64,000 nt of DNA from positions 1,240,001-1,304,000 of the forward strand of contig NEEC01000004.1 in assembly GCA_002189035.1 (NCBI GenBank), in the 5' to 3' direction. Source of the DNA: Utricularia gibba (Eukaryota > Plantae > Magnoliophyta). The position numbers were made by a program, and so were the translations under genes. This document shows, piece after piece, positions 1-16,575 of this stretch (the first letter of the stretch is position 1; each line of letters starts with the position of its first letter). The notes beneath the pieces were generated by a model. It did not search any database. It saw only the letters and a program-made list of their open reading frames with translations, and had not been told where the DNA came from.

Positions 1-6
1 CTGCAG

Positions 7-227
7 GATCCCCTCTGCTTACCATCGAGAGAACCGTCAAGTATCTCTGTCCGGCAGATATAATTCCGCCATACATCGACGTCGATATCAGCGAGCTCGA
101 CGTCGGTCAGAAGATCGTCGCCGGCGACCTCAAAGTTCATCCTGCACTAAAGCTTCTAAGATCTAAGGGTGATCCAATATGCAAGATAAAGGGTGCTCGG
201 GCCTCCGATCAACGGAAGTCCAAGTGA
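7..227 (+). CDS. Last exon of ribosomal protein bL25/L25-family gene (organellar; 5' part outside window)
   Basis: After the ctgcag acceptor the exon reads ..SPLLTIERTVKYLCPADIIPPYIDVDISELDVGQKIVAGDLKVHPALKLLRSKGDPICKIKGARASDQRKSK*, with TGA at 225-227. This matches the C-terminal domain of plant L25-like proteins. Confidence 0.85.
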
Positions 228-1879
228 GCCAAGCCTAACTTCCACCTTCTCTCTGTTTCTCTTTTTCCTTATAAGACAACCAAGAATCCCATGCCTAACT
301 CAAAATTACTACCCCTTTATTTAATATCATTTTTGTCTATAATTCCCAAATTACCTCTTATTTTAAAATCAATTTCACTTTATGATATAATACCCGTTGT
401 TTTAAAAATTTATTATTAAATAAAGTTTTCAATTAATTACAGTATATATTTATATTAACATCAATCGATTCATCCTTTTCAGACAATATGATGTAGTAAC
501 AATAAAATTATAGGTACAAATATGTTAACAATTGAGCCGCAATCAGTGATGATAGAACTTCTTTTATGTACGGAAAAGAAGTGGGCCTTGGGCCCAACTT
601 GATTCGAGAAATTATGGTAATTGACAAGGATGTTTAAATTATTTCGGAAAATCCAGTAATATAACTAATGTATTATTTGATTTAAATCTTTATATTTAAT
701 TTTTTATGGTTTTAAGAAATTATGTGTATTATTATATTTTTGTTGTAAAAATAACGATAATTAAAACATAGTATTTTTCAAAAATTAATGATTTGAAGCT
801 TTATGATCTGATAATATAATATATTAAAGTTGTGGAATTTTACATAAAAAATTAAAAGATATTTACTAATGTAATATCATAAAAATTATAAAAATGTAAT
901 CCAAAAACGTATATTCATCTTTTACATAAGTATTGATACTCGATAATTTCCAATACGAATATTGAAAACTAATACGTAAAATTTATGAATACAAATAACA
1001 ATTTTAGATTTGGATGAAGGTATATTGGTGTGTGTTAGACTATTTACTTAAAAATATTTTCGGGAATTATTCGTATTTAATAACAAAACTTGTTACGTAA
1101 TGTATTTTCAAAATCAAAAAGCGTTGTACACATTGTTGTATGAAGCTATTTGTTGTAGCAGAGTCCATATTCCACAAGTTAGGTCTCGTCGTCCTCGTAG
1201 ATGAGGCAGCCCTAAGTTTCCCATATGGAGACTTTTATTCTATTGACGCTAGATTAGGGAAAACCCTCCTCCTCCTCCACTAATTCATTACCCTAAACTA
1301 ATTCCAACCAAAATATTGGGTTCTGAGCTGCGTGACAATGAACAGAGATCGATCCCACTTGCTGGCTTCAGCACTTCAGAATGAAAGCTATTGCCTGCGC
1401 CCAAAGTCTTCCAAGTTGCAGCGACAGCGACACAACACACGGGCAGCTCTTGATAATTGCTTAGGATAGACCACCCCCCCACCTCAAGCCTTACAATTAT
1501 TAACTAACTAATGCATTATCTATGGACTTGTGGTGAGTTTGGATTCGAGTTCCATGTGAAAAATGGAGAACCCATTGGTGGGTTTGATGTCTAACGCACA
1601 GTCCCTTAAGGAAGCATCCTGATTTAGTTGTGCAGATGAAGGGTTGAACCCATTTGGGTAGGAAAGAAAGGTTGTTGTATATGTTGAAGTTCTTGTGTTT
1701 TGATTCGAAAAGGTTTTGGGATCCTGGGCTGCAATGCTGCTGCGTCCAGCTTGGACTGGAGTGTGTGAGGTCTTAGGCATCAAAATTTCAAAGTATCAAT
1801 GGTAAATGTGTCGTCTGTGTATAGGAACACTACAGGGATTAGTCATCGTATGTTCAAATCCAGGTTCATCTACGGGATT

Positions 1880-3021
1880 TCAAAGAAAGCTGATGAGAAG
1901 AAGAATCGTAGCCTGTTGGGCTTGGTGCGTTCTTGATGAGATCATCGAGCTCCGGAAGAAGTCGTCGTCGAAGAGAAGCTCCGACATGGCGATATCATTG
2001 TAATCTTCCAGGCTTTCCTCTTTGATACGTATTTCATTTTCAGCAACCTGGGACTCCTCCTTGGTGCTCTTCATGGTTGCGTTTATGCTCTTCGATTCGT
2101 CTGAGGTTTTACTCGCGGGAAACTTTTGTCTCACGGTTCCGGCCAGTGAGTTCCGGCGGGTAGGCTGGCTGTGGCTGTGCTCCGCAGTGTATGTGATTAT
2201 GAATTTTCCGGGATCCGTGCAGCTTTGCTCCACTTGCTTTCTTGCTAAGCACCCCTTCGAGCTACTACACCTGTAATAGCTCCTGTGATCCATTCCCAAA
2301 AACCATCAGACTCCAATACAGCAGTCTAGTGGAAAATATTCAATCTTCGAGTTTAAATTTGCAGATCAGTTTCTGCTTCTAAAAATTGAAAAAATTTCAG
2401 GGAATTTGATGATTTGGACCTTGGAAACGGAGATCCCTTGATCGGCTTCTGTCCGTACTTCCGCCACGCCCACATATCGGAAGTAATCCCATCAGCAGAG
2501 ACCTGAATCACGACTCTCTTCTGATGATTCTTCCTGAGGAGAAGCAACACGAAGAAGAACCCTATTCAAAATGGATGCTCAGATGGGCGAAGCGTGAAAA
2601 AAATGAAGTCTTTCAATCACAACCTTCTCTTGTACTTAGGCGTGTAACCTGAATCAGTAACCCTAGAAGCAGAACTCGTGCTCCCAGATGAATGATCTGA
2701 TGCATCACGCGCCGGCTTCAGCTCCTCCTCTCCGTTCTGAGCTTTCTGCTCTTGGAAGTCAAGAATCGTGCAAGAGGGAAGTGGGTGGCTGACCTGGTAA
2801 AACTGCTTATACAGATCTTCCAGATCATCGCAGGGCCCCGCCGGAACCTCGAATATCTCCGGGAAACCCGCTAGGAATCCTTGATCATCACCAGCAAAAC
2901 CCGGAGCATCAGGGTTTCCACTATTCGTTTGGACATCTTCCACCTTCGACAAATCGTTGCTGGAGCCTCTGACTATCGCCCCCAAGCTCCAGTCCTCGGC
3001 ATCTGCTTGAAACCCACCCAT
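1880..3021 (-). CDS. WRKY transcription factor, group IIe (WRKY22/27/29-like), 3 exons
   Basis: ATG at 3021 (MGGFQADAEDWSLGAIVRG, the IIe DWxLxAVVR-type motif). Exons are 3021-2624, 2533-2420 (SDMWAWRKYGQKPIKGSPFPR) and 2282 onward (SYYRCSSSKGCLARKQVEQSCTDP..TYTAEHSH..PTRRNSLAG), all with GT-AG boundaries. The C-terminal frame is uncertain (see findings). Confidence 0.92.
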
Positions 3022-5045
3022 TTGTCTGAGGTTGTTGGGGAAGGAGATGAAGGGAGGAGGCGGATCCTTGAGTTCCACACACAGAATACAAAGGGAGTAT
3101 ATAAACATAAATAAAATAGGGCAAGGACAGTAGCTCCCAGCCTACACATCTGTTCTGGATAATTTATTACATATCTTGAAAGGGGTTTCAAATTTCGATC
3201 TCATCTCCTCTTTTACCCGTCAAGCTTTGATGTCGTGTCCTGGAGATTAAATTAGGAACTCCCAATATTCCACATAAGAAGTGTGAAGGGAATTGCTGCA
3301 AGGTTCAGTTAAAGCTACAGAAAAAAACTGAGTTGCTCCAATCTTTTTAACCACACCCCAATGGCCTCCAAAGCCCTATAGAAAGTATAGACTAACCCCA
3401 GCAACCCAATATTTTGTAAGATGGAATTGTCTTTTGTTTCATTCCAAATAAGGATTAACGCCTCCAATGGCAGTCAGCCCGTAAAACAGCTGGTCTGTTG
3501 CTGACTTTTTTGTGTGAGGGCAGACGCTTCCTTGTGTTTATCTCAATTCTGTGACACGCTTTGGGGACGACTTTTGGAGAGGTCAAAGGCCGGAAACGTA
3601 AAAGAACACGGCTTGTGTCCATCAGAATGAATGTGAACACACAAAAAAAGAGAATGCAGCTTTGCTGAAAGTCTCGGACAACAAAATTGTGACGTTAGCG
3701 GAGAAGAATTGTCTATCAGATGAGTAACTCACTCCCCCAGATCGCTGATGCGCGTTACATGGTCACTTTCACGTTATCAGAAAGTGAAACATGGTGATCT
3801 AAGGAACCCATCCAAGATTTAAAAACGAGTACAAGTCGAGTCAAATAGTCGGTAATTAGGGGTGATTGGCATAAGGTAAGCATGTTGATGCACCATCTTA
3901 GAACATGGGAAATCCCTTGGTAGAGAGGGTGAGTAGGCCACTAAAGTAGGGGAGGTAAATTTCAAGGGTTAGGTACATAACACTAATTAAAATAAAATTA
4001 AGGGGTTCAAGATGCAATAACGTGGAGGTTAGGGTTACGTAGGAATCTGGTCATTTTGGGACGCCCACTCTCAATAATGCAATTAGATATTAGCCCCCCT
4101 CGTGCACTTAGATCCCACACCTTAATTATTATCTTTTTTGGCCCCCTAATTGTGAATAATAATAATCTTTTGTACATAATTACCAAATACCACATGCCTA
4201 TATTCTAATTTAAGCCGAGTCGTAAGGGCTCCTTTGGTAAAACGTGAAAAACCATTTTATGTTACAATAAATAAATAATCCTTTGTATTATATATTGAAT
4301 ATTTAGACAATTATGTATTATTGATATTATACTTATAAAATATATAAATGTAATTATAAGTTGTTATATTAAATAAAATTTTTTTAAATCATATATTTTT
4401 GTATGAATTAATTAATACTCAACTTAAAACGATCATATATATTAATTACTTAATATTGATCATTATAATACCGATTTGAAAGTGACATGACATTCCTGCA
4501 GACTGGACTTGGACATGATCATGGGTAGAGTTAGAAATGGTCATTTATAAAATTGTCCATTATTATATTTTATCACAAATACTTAAGCAAAAATTTTTAA
4601 TTAAGAATGACTAATTTTATCACACATTAAAAATAGTATGGTCAGATTTCTAATATATATGAGTTCGAACTTATCGGACTGTTGAAAAATAATTTTTAAA
4701 AGCAAATAAAATCTTTGCCATGTTTAAGTACCTCCTAAGTGTATGCAATTTTGCGGAGGAGTTTATGTCCTAAAAATAGAAATAGAATATATTCTATAAA
4801 GTTATTAAATTAAATTTTATCATGCTAAAAGGTTTTGATGTGAAGCATTAAGTGCACACATGATCTGTGTACTGTTTTTTCGTACCAAGGATTAAGGATA
4901 GTTGTGGGGGCTACTTCACTTTTTTCTTTTTACTGAGGTAAAAAAAAGGTGACTTTAACCGCTTGTGTATGAGGTTCATTTTTATTTGTTCGGCATCTAC
5001 AAAGTTACATGATTAACGAAGGGAAGAGAAAGCTTGATCGATGTT

Positions 5046-8464
<3,419 letters not shown>

Positions 8465-8747
8465 CTCGATCATGATCAAACTTTGCACTTTATATAACAG
8501 ATTGATGAAATGCGCATAATACAATATCTTGTTTCAAGGAAAATTCGGCCCTTGAGATCCTCCAAAAGTCACTTGGTTGACAAAAACCCAATGTAACCGC
8601 GGCTCCTTCGCATCCCAGAGGCCAATTCTTCATGGTGAATTTTCTAGTTCTTCCTTCCATCCACCACCGCGACAGTTTAAAAAAAAAAAAAAACCAAACA
8701 AAAAATCAATTTGGTTGCCAGCTGTTTCTACAAAAATGTTGTGATGG

Positions 8748-8824
8748 TGGGCCGATCCAGCCCTACGCAGATGTAGCCCATGAAATATGGGTATATTAGG
8801 CCCAAATAATATTGGACCTGGGCC
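8748..8824. promoter_or_regulatory. Cluster of site II (TGGGCY) elements upstream of MDAR
   Basis: tgggcc 8748, agccca 8775, ggccca 8799, tgggcc 8819, about 300 bp upstream of the MDAR ATG. Site II motifs are typical of organelle-protein and housekeeping promoters. Confidence 0.5.
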
Positions 8825-9054
8825 GGCTTCGATTGTCCTAATTTCATTCATTGGCCTTGTCTGTGGTTGTGTTGCTTGTCCGAGAGATCAGGAGTTTGTG
8901 TGTTTGATAGGATCCGAAATCAAGTTTAAAGATGGAGCACAAATAACAAACATTTTCTACATGAACACATGTCAATGAACTGGAGGAAGCCAGTGAACAG
9001 TACACCTACTAAATACATGGAAATTACACAGAAACAAGAAACTGTTGCCACCTC

Positions 9055-10169
9055 TCATGCTTGGTTGCCTGGTCTCCTTTTCCTGGCTGCACCGATGAAC
9101 TCCATGAGCACTCTCACTTCGTCCACCTTCTGCATTATCGACAGTTACTCCCCGTTGCTGCTGCGGAACAGCTGGAAAGGAAGAAGAAGAGGAGAGGAGC
9201 AAACCTGTGATGAAAAATGCTGCTGTACTGTGCTGACTAGCTGATCCTTGGAGGGGCTGGGGCACACGCTTTCCTGGTTTTGGATGTTTACAATTCATAC
9301 TTGAAGCTACTTACTACTGCAGGGATGATGATTAAAGAAACCGAATACGTACAAGATCAAAGGCTCGCCAGTATCTCCACAAGGATCCAGGACCAAGCTT
9401 TGCTAGATTCACTCTCTGAAAATGTGAACCAAATCATTCCATTCTCACACATTGCACTTTCTCAGAAAAGAGTAGTGCAGCATGATGTCTTTGGCTTAAG
9501 AGATGCTTGAATGCACTTACCGTTCGAGAAGTTCGATATCTGGACTGAACTTCCTTAGATCCGCTGCGGTTCATGGACTTCCTGGAGCCTGAAGATGAAA
9601 ACCATGGTGTGGAATTGCGGGCTTTCGGCTTGCTTCTTTTGTTCAAGTGTACGCCAGAGGCTGTTCAATAACTCGCATGATGCTCAGTGAATCTGTTTGG
9701 AAGAGTTGCCATGTTGATTTAATGGAGGAGACGGGTTTAGTTACTTACAGAAGCCACGGCGATCCTTCTCAACGATATCAGAACCGCTGCTACGATCATC
9801 AAAATCAGAATCATTATCTTCTTCGTTCCCAGTGGGAGGTTCGAGTACACTCAGAGCATTCCGCTGGAGTTTCACTTCAACCCCATTCTTCAGTACCTGT
9901 CATTACATACAAACAGCTCCTTAAACTTCCTAAAAGTTTGACAAAAGAGAAGCTTAATGCGCAAGAAGATGAAATACCAGCCAATGCCAACCACTGAGAC
10001 CAACAGCCTTCTTGACAACACCTTGTAAGCCTACCAGGACACTCTTTGTTCTGTTATTTCCTTTCACAATAACCTTTGTATGCCTTGGAAGAACAGATAG
10101 CTCCTCTACACAGCTTTCCTCTCGAAATGGTGATAAAACCCGTGAAGGGTATGATTCAGTTTCGGACAT
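9055..10169 (-). CDS. SAP30 function-related (AFR1/AFR2-like) histone deacetylase complex subunit, 6 exons
   Basis: ATG at 10169: MSETESYPSRVLSPFREESCVEELSVLPRHTKVIVKGNNRTKSVLVGLQGVVKKAVGLSGWHWL|VLKNGVEVKLQRNALSVLEPPTGNE..|RVNLAKLGPGSLWRYWRAFDL|ESVCPSPSKDQLVSTVQQHFSSQ|KVDEVRVLMEFIGAARKRRPGNQA*. The splice phases are consistent throughout. Confidence 0.9.
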
Positions 10170-11662
10170 CTTGTCACTCGAATGGATTGCAGTAGCAAAT
10201 AGACACTCCCCCTTACTAGTTGCATAAAACACCTAATATCTCGAGCTGCTGAGGATACCCAGAAACCCAATCAGCAACGAGAATGATGAAAAAAAGCTCA
10301 ACTCTGCAAATGATGCTCTAGCCTGCTTCTTGCTTGAATGCTGTCTTGTGAATTCTGAGATTTCACTGATCTACACAGAAGAGCTCACGGGTGATGCGGT
10401 TTTGTATGCCCAAACTTGGAATTCACACTCTCAACTGTCACCATGGACTCTGAGCTTCAAGCCCGACTCCTGACAAATGCAGCAGAAACGAAAATTTGAT
10501 AAACAGGACAAGAATACCGGTAGGATAGGAAATATGGAGGTGTTCATTTGGATCGACAAGAACACACTTGGGAGATTGTGATTGCTGTGCATTGAATTTT
10601 CTTCTGTTGAAGGACAAAGTTGGATAACAATTAAATGAATCAAAACTTTAAAAAAATGACCGAAGACAGAGAACGGACCCCCACAGCCCAACTCATCCCT
10701 GTTCTCTCACAATCTCACAGACACACCCTTTGAAAATGGGATCTGCATTGGACTCTGTCACCCTACAATTCAGCTTCACCTAACAAGTATGGTGGATCAA
10801 ATTATAAAAACGTAGAGCCAAGACTTTGCAACCATAAAATTGAACTCCCCGAAGAAAAAGAAGCACTCCCCACTTCCCAGATTCGTTTTTTACCCAATCT
10901 GAAAACCGTACAGGAGCTCAGAAATAGAGCAGTGGAGAGGGGAATCGGTAGCGGAGTGCTTACAGTAAAGCAGGCTTCAGCTTCATCCCCCACCAAAACC
11001 AATTCGAGATGACAACTCAACAATGGGAAACACGGTAACCAGAACATCAGATCTCCCAATTCAAATCCGAATAGAATGCGCAGCTTGAAGGAAAAGTAAA
11101 TCATACCCAGTTCACAGCTCGGCGTCCGCAATAGACCATTCCAGCTCCTGGTCAAAGCAAGCGGGGCATTACCAATCATGTACCTCGGCAGGGGAAAGGA
11201 AAAGCAAATGGGAAAAAGATAAAAACTTTATTCAAATTTCAAGAGTGGGAAGTCACTGTTCCGTGGGGAGAGAGATTAGTCTGGATTAGGATCCGAACAC
11301 AGCACGCACTAAATGCTGACCAACTGTCATGGAATTTAGACATGGGGTCCGAGGAGACGACTCAGATGAGCAACATTTTTGTAAAAAATCTCTGCTTTGA
11401 CAACACACTAGCACAGGAAAGCCGCCCTCACCCATACCTTTCCACCTATTCTTCTTCCTCATGTAGTGTTCGTGACAAACAGGAACAGGACACCGGAACT
11501 CAGTACGCAGTTTCAATGTGCCTGGAAATCAAGCTAAGGAAGTCGACACGGTATTGCGCAACTTGTTAGTAAATGTTTTATTCAATCAGCGTTACAATCA
11601 GTTCAGGGGCCAATAAAGAAGGGTTTCCAAGGCAACTCGATAACGGGAAACGGAGTAAAACC

Positions 11663-14656
11663 CTACAGCATACCATCCGTTCTCGCCGGGAGACGGCGGA
11701 AGTAGTTGACGGTCACGGACGGGAAGCGGTGGCGGAAATTGGGATGCCTCATCACATACATCCCGCCCAAAGCGGCAAAGATCTGAAACGGCGTGACGTA
11801 CAAAATCAACGCCGCGGCAATACAAAAGAGCAGGAAAATGGTGGTGGCGCGGGGATCTCTCCAGCTCAAAATCGATTGAAATCGTTCACCTTGAGTCGCA
11901 ATGTCACCTACAACCGTCTGGATCCTTCCCGAAAGACTTCTCAGACGATCGTATCTCAGTTTCACCAGATCCGGATTCTGAGTGGGAAACGTGTCGAATT
12001 CTTCATCGAGTTCATCTGGATGCACAATTTCCGCCTGCGATATCTTTGTGCTCATGTGAGGTGGGTGTCTCGGCCGAAATCGGAAATTCCAGATTCCGAT
12101 TAGGAACATGTAGAGGAAAATTGTTGAAAGGATCAAGTCAGGGAAGGAGATGAGCATCAGATACAGGGCGTGAACAAGCACGGTGGTGATCGGATTCTTC
12201 CACAGACAGATATCCCGGAACCAACTCCCGGCGGCGATTACGCCACCGAAAACCGAGGTTAGCCTGAAGAAATTGGCTTTGCTTTTACGCATACTCCATA
12301 GATGAGAATCAACATCGCACATGTACTCCACGATTTCCCTTCTCAGCGGCGGCTCAGCTCGAGCTAATCTTGTTGCTACAAAGTTTACAGCTTGATGTCT
12401 CAGAATCTCAAGCTGCATCATAGAGAAAGGCATGATATAGTGCATTTTTGGCAGCAAGGGCATGGAGTAAACATGGAGCATGTTGACGAATGAAGTGCAA
12501 GAAAACCGTATGGCCAAGTGAAGCTCCCCCATCTTCTTTACTCCCGAAGGATGAAGAACCAACAATGGATAGGAATGTGTGTATACTCGACCAGTTTGGA
12601 GGGTCGAAATCCGAATTCTGACCTTTCCGATTTTCTTGTCGATGCTCCCATCGGAGATGAGCTGATTGTTGTCGAAAACACCCACTGTTAGAACTGTTGC
12701 TGGGTCAAATACCTCCCAGACGTATTGCTCATTGTACTTGGGGGAGAGATTGCCCATGACAGTTCTAGTTCTCACCCATTTGTGGCCATATTTCGCCACG
12801 CAGTATGTATCGGATGTTCCTTTGCCGTCACGGGTTTTCATGGGGTGAAGCCCTGCTGCATTCAGGATTCCGAGCTCTAAAACTCCAATAGCCGGCTTCC
12901 AGAGCTGCTTCGCTGATGGGCGAAGATCGCTGCTGTAATGAGTAGATTCATTAAGAACATGGTATCCTCCTTCCAAGCAAGCTCTAATATGAACTCTGCC
13001 AGAAAAGCTGTCCTTCCCCTGATCAGCGCCCGCAGCTATCGGCTTTTCGAGGTTAAACCAACGAGAGGGAAGAATCCGATCATCAGCCCGCTTCGGCACC
13101 ATGTTCAGTGGTACAATGATTCTGCCAATGGTTTCCTCTTTCCCAGGAGCTACACGATCTTCAACCGTAAGGATAAGAGGATCTTCAAATGGCTCTGCAC
13201 TTACAAAAAGCAGGTCTTCATCCCATGTTGGATTGAAATTTTTAGCTTGAGTTGGTCTTGTTTTCATGACTTGGTTCCCTAACTGAGCCTTTACATAACA
13301 TTCAGGAATCCTTGTCTTATCTTGTGGGATCATATCCTGTGCTTCGATTATGGAAACTCTTACATACCACAGGCGTGGTGCATGATACACTTTCGAGCGG
13401 ATCTGAGTAGAAGCAGCCACCATGCTGTCGATGGAGGATGCAGCATCAGAGTGACATGCATCAGGAAAAGCTTCATCTGCCTGAGTTCCAATCCAGACGG
13501 AGAGCATCAGATCACCCTTGATTTTATCTCCCTTCTTGTCCATCAGACAGTACCACTCAGGAGCCAAAGGGCTATCTGGAGGAACACGAACAGGGACCTC
13601 ATGGAAATCTAACTTGACCAAGCCAACGAAGTCATCTTTGGGGATAGCTTTGTCCTTTACTTCAACTTCTACCACAGCTGCTTGTATTCTTTCTCTGGAG
13701 AAGGCAAAAACTATGTCCCAAACAGGGTTTGGCTGCTTCTCAATGTGCTTGGTAACTCCTTTGTAGTTCCCAATTCTCACCTCTACGTACGGATCACCTT
13801 CTGCTGCTGGTAAATCACGAGCCTTCACAACTCGAACGAATAAATATTGCATTTTCTCAACAAGGTCATATGTTCCTGCAGAAGCTCTATCATTCCTCCT
13901 TACAACACGTCCTCCGACAACATGGACACCACCAAGCAAAGGGCTAGTTTCCTTGAGTGCATAATCAACTGGCTGTGGAGGTGGAGCAGGGTTCATTTTC
14001 ACAACATTTGGAGCTGCTGGTTCTGGAGCCTTCATCGCATCAACCACATACTCTGTTGCCGGATGCAGTAGCTCATGGGAGACATCTGGCTTCGGTACGG
14101 TGTTGTGCTTTCCCCCAGGTTTCACAGATTCTGGTACTGGTTTCTTAATTGTTTTTGCAGACACCTCTTCATGTTGCTCACCTTCAGAAAATGCAGGCAT
14201 TTCAATTTGCTTAGCTTCTTTGCCATTGTTGTGATGAACTTTGACAGTTGGATCATCTGTGACATAAAGCTTGAGGGCGAGCTCTCCTCGAACACGCGAA
14301 AAGACACCCCTCTTCTCCAGCGGATAATGTAGAACAACAGCATCGGCGGATGGAACAAATGAAGCTCCACTGATGCTAACTTTTCCCAGGAACCTTCTTG
14401 AGTCACCTTCCTTGGCATTGTTGTTATAAACATATGCTTCAAGAGCAAGAGTGCGGAGAACTGCAGGATCTGGAATGCTGAAGTGGAAGCTCTCATTCCA
14501 AACTGGATTCAGATCCTTCTCTCTGACAGTGGACTGAAGCTTCTTGCCATCAAAATGAAGCTCCACATAAGGACTAGAAGATCCCTGGCCGTCCTTCGCC
14601 ATTAGATTATGAGCACTAACAAGTTCTACACAGAGCTTCAGGCTACCAGAGGCCAT
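11663..14656 (-). CDS. Multiple C2 domain and transmembrane region protein (MCTP/FTIP/QUIRKY family), intronless CDS, 997 aa
   Basis: ATG at 14656 (MASGSLKLCVELVSAHNLMAKDGQG). It contains four C2 domains (e.g. TYDLVEKMQYLFVRVVKARDLP, LYVRV-type RLWYVRVSII, GVLELGIL) and a PRT_C transmembrane tail ending FRRLPARTDGML*. Confidence 0.97.
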   Translation of the reverse strand: MASGSLKLCVELVSAHNLMAKDGQGSSSPYVELHFDGKKLQSTVREKDLNPVWNESFHFSIPDPAVLRTLALEAYVYNNNAKEGDSRRFLGKVSISGASFVPSADAVVLHYPLEKRGVFSRVRGELALKLYVTDDPTVKVHHNNGKEAKQIEMPAFSEGEQHEEVSAKTIKKPVPESVKPGGKHNTVPKPDVSHELLHPATEYVVDAMKAPEPAAPNVVKMNPAPPPQPVDYALKETSPLLGGVHVVGGRVVRRNDRASAGTYDLVEKMQYLFVRVVKARDLPAAEGDPYVEVRIGNYKGVTKHIEKQPNPVWDIVFAFSRERIQAAVVEVEVKDKAIPKDDFVGLVKLDFHEVPVRVPPDSPLAPEWYCLMDKKGDKIKGDLMLSVWIGTQADEAFPDACHSDAASSIDSMVAASTQIRSKVYHAPRLWYVRVSIIEAQDMIPQDKTRIPECYVKAQLGNQVMKTRPTQAKNFNPTWDEDLLFVSAEPFEDPLILTVEDRVAPGKEETIGRIIVPLNMVPKRADDRILPSRWFNLEKPIAAGADQGKDSFSGRVHIRACLEGGYHVLNESTHYSSDLRPSAKQLWKPAIGVLELGILNAAGLHPMKTRDGKGTSDTYCVAKYGHKWVRTRTVMGNLSPKYNEQYVWEVFDPATVLTVGVFDNNQLISDGSIDKKIGKVRIRISTLQTGRVYTHSYPLLVLHPSGVKKMGELHLAIRFSCTSFVNMLHVYSMPLLPKMHYIMPFSMMQLEILRHQAVNFVATRLARAEPPLRREIVEYMCDVDSHLWSMRKSKANFFRLTSVFGGVIAAGSWFRDICLWKNPITTVLVHALYLMLISFPDLILSTIFLYMFLIGIWNFRFRPRHPPHMSTKISQAEIVHPDELDEEFDTFPTQNPDLVKLRYDRLRSLSGRIQTVVGDIATQGERFQSILSWRDPRATTIFLLFCIAAALILYVTPFQIFAALGGMYVMRHPNFRHRFPSVTVNYFRRLPARTDGML

Positions 14657-15761
14657 GGAAGCAAGAAGCAAATGTGAGGAGAGAAATGTTGGAAAAACTC
14701 CCACTCTGAAATGATTAGAATTCACTTGAATTTCACTTCCCCTTCAATGAGCAGCATCGAGACCTGCATCTGCAAACAAACAACTGGGAAGAGAGAATAA
14801 CATCACCCACTGGAGAAAAAGACTGGTCCAAACAAGAAAAAAGGTACTACAAGACGCCATCTTCGAAATGATTAAAAGACAGAACCGAACTCCCAAGCAC
14901 CCCAAAATCAAGAAAAAGTTGAGTTTGCATAAAGCTAAGGTATCGGGCCAGGCGCAGGAATTCAGTAAGATTCTACTCTGCTTTTATCATCATACACTCT
15001 ACAAGATGCCTTCTTCCCCAGTGTATTTCAGGGATTCCTCCAAATAGAAAGTAGCATTGGTTCTGCTCTACACTCCACATTAACTGTCCAAATTCAATGC
15101 CCGAAAATGAGTGGGAGAGATACACTTTTACCTCGCAGGCTGAAAACTCTTGACACAGCTGCGTTTCACTGAATGCAACGCAATGAAATGACACAAGAAT
15201 GGAATGGAATGCAGTGGAGAGAGTGAAGCTTTTACTATCTCCCATGTCTCCATTAAATTTATGTTTTCTATGGGCACCCTCTTCTTCTCAGTGTGGGGGA
15301 TGGGTTACCACTGTCTTTTCTGTGTGTTGTCTACCCCTCCTTCCTCATGCATTCATTCCAGACAGACACCTTCACACTTCATGGCTTCACTGATCATTCC
15401 AAACACCTCATTCTATACTTGGTTTCGCAGGGTGTAATGCAATTGTACAAAAGCACAGACAATGCTTCCAAATCAAATGATTTGCAGCACTGCAAAGTGA
15501 CACCAAGATTTTGAATCTTCAGTTTGGGAAGAACAGCTGGTCCACCACTCACCCACACCCATACCCATCTTTTAATGATTTCACTCACACATTTTATTTT
15601 TTATTTTTTGTCAATGTTGGAATTGACGACCACTTTCTTTAAAATTGTGAAAACTGACAAGGTGACACCTCTGTGCAGTTAAGATGTTCGGAATTTTATT
15701 ATATTTAAAAAACGTGATAAAAAAAAAGAAAAAACTACGGTTGTCTGTGGTTCACAACGGC

Positions 15762-15833
15762 TGGGCTACTGGGCCCATCTTCTGCTGCATCTACACAGAG
15801 TACGAACATGCAGGCCCAGGCCATTAATGGGCC
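15762..15833. promoter_or_regulatory. Site II (TGGGCY/GGCCCA) cluster upstream of the MCTP gene
   Basis: tgggct 15762, tgggccca 15770, ggccca 15813 and tgggcc 15828 form a GC island in AT-rich DNA. Confidence 0.45.
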
Positions 15834-16575
15834 TGCCTTGTGAGCCCCCCTACCAAACCCCTCATTTTTTTATGGAGTAATCATTCTCAAAATTTCAAAA
15901 CAAAGGAAAAAAGGTAAATTTTGAATGACCAAAAAATATTGAATTATTTTTACAAATGATTCAATTACGATTTTATCGAATTTAATTAAATTCCTATCAG
16001 GATTTGCATTTCAAAACGACTCAATCGTAATTCAATAGTGATTCAAGTAATGAATTTTATTTTATGTTTAAATTCATTAAAGTAGAATACTCATTAATGT
16101 AGCATAGAACTTAAAAAAAATGATACTAAAAATTATTACCAAGTATTATCTTTCAATTTTGTATGAGAAAAAAGAAAAAAAATATAAATTAAGATGTTTG
16201 AAGGTAATTGTCAAATAATTTACAAGTATTATTATTTAAAATGAAAATATTTACATACACATGAAGTTCACCTCACTACTTATATTTATTTGAACTTAGC
16301 TTTTAGATGAATTTTGTATAGAAGTGTTTAAAAACAAGTGAAAGAGACTACTCCACACTCCCAAAATGACTACTTCTGATGAATTTTTCGGTGTGCCACG
16401 CAATGTATTCCTGCGAGTTAACAAAGAACTTGTGTTGTAGACAATGCGGTGCAAAGTGAGACTGAATGACCCAAAGAACCGCACCTGCTGATTCAGCTAT
16501 ACATGTATAATATATATATGTGTATCATTTGAAGGTTTAAACCGTGTAAAGAGTAGAGGAGATTCTGAGTTTTGT

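Noticed and set aside
1288-1783. Two minus-strand ORFs (87 aa and 64 aa) downstream of WRKY
   Set aside because: No recognisable homology or splice connection; probably WRKY 3' UTR or intergenic sequence.
10802-11179. 125-aa minus-strand ORF upstream of the AFR-like gene
   Set aside because: No family motif; lies in the probable 5' UTR, intron or promoter of the AFR-like gene.
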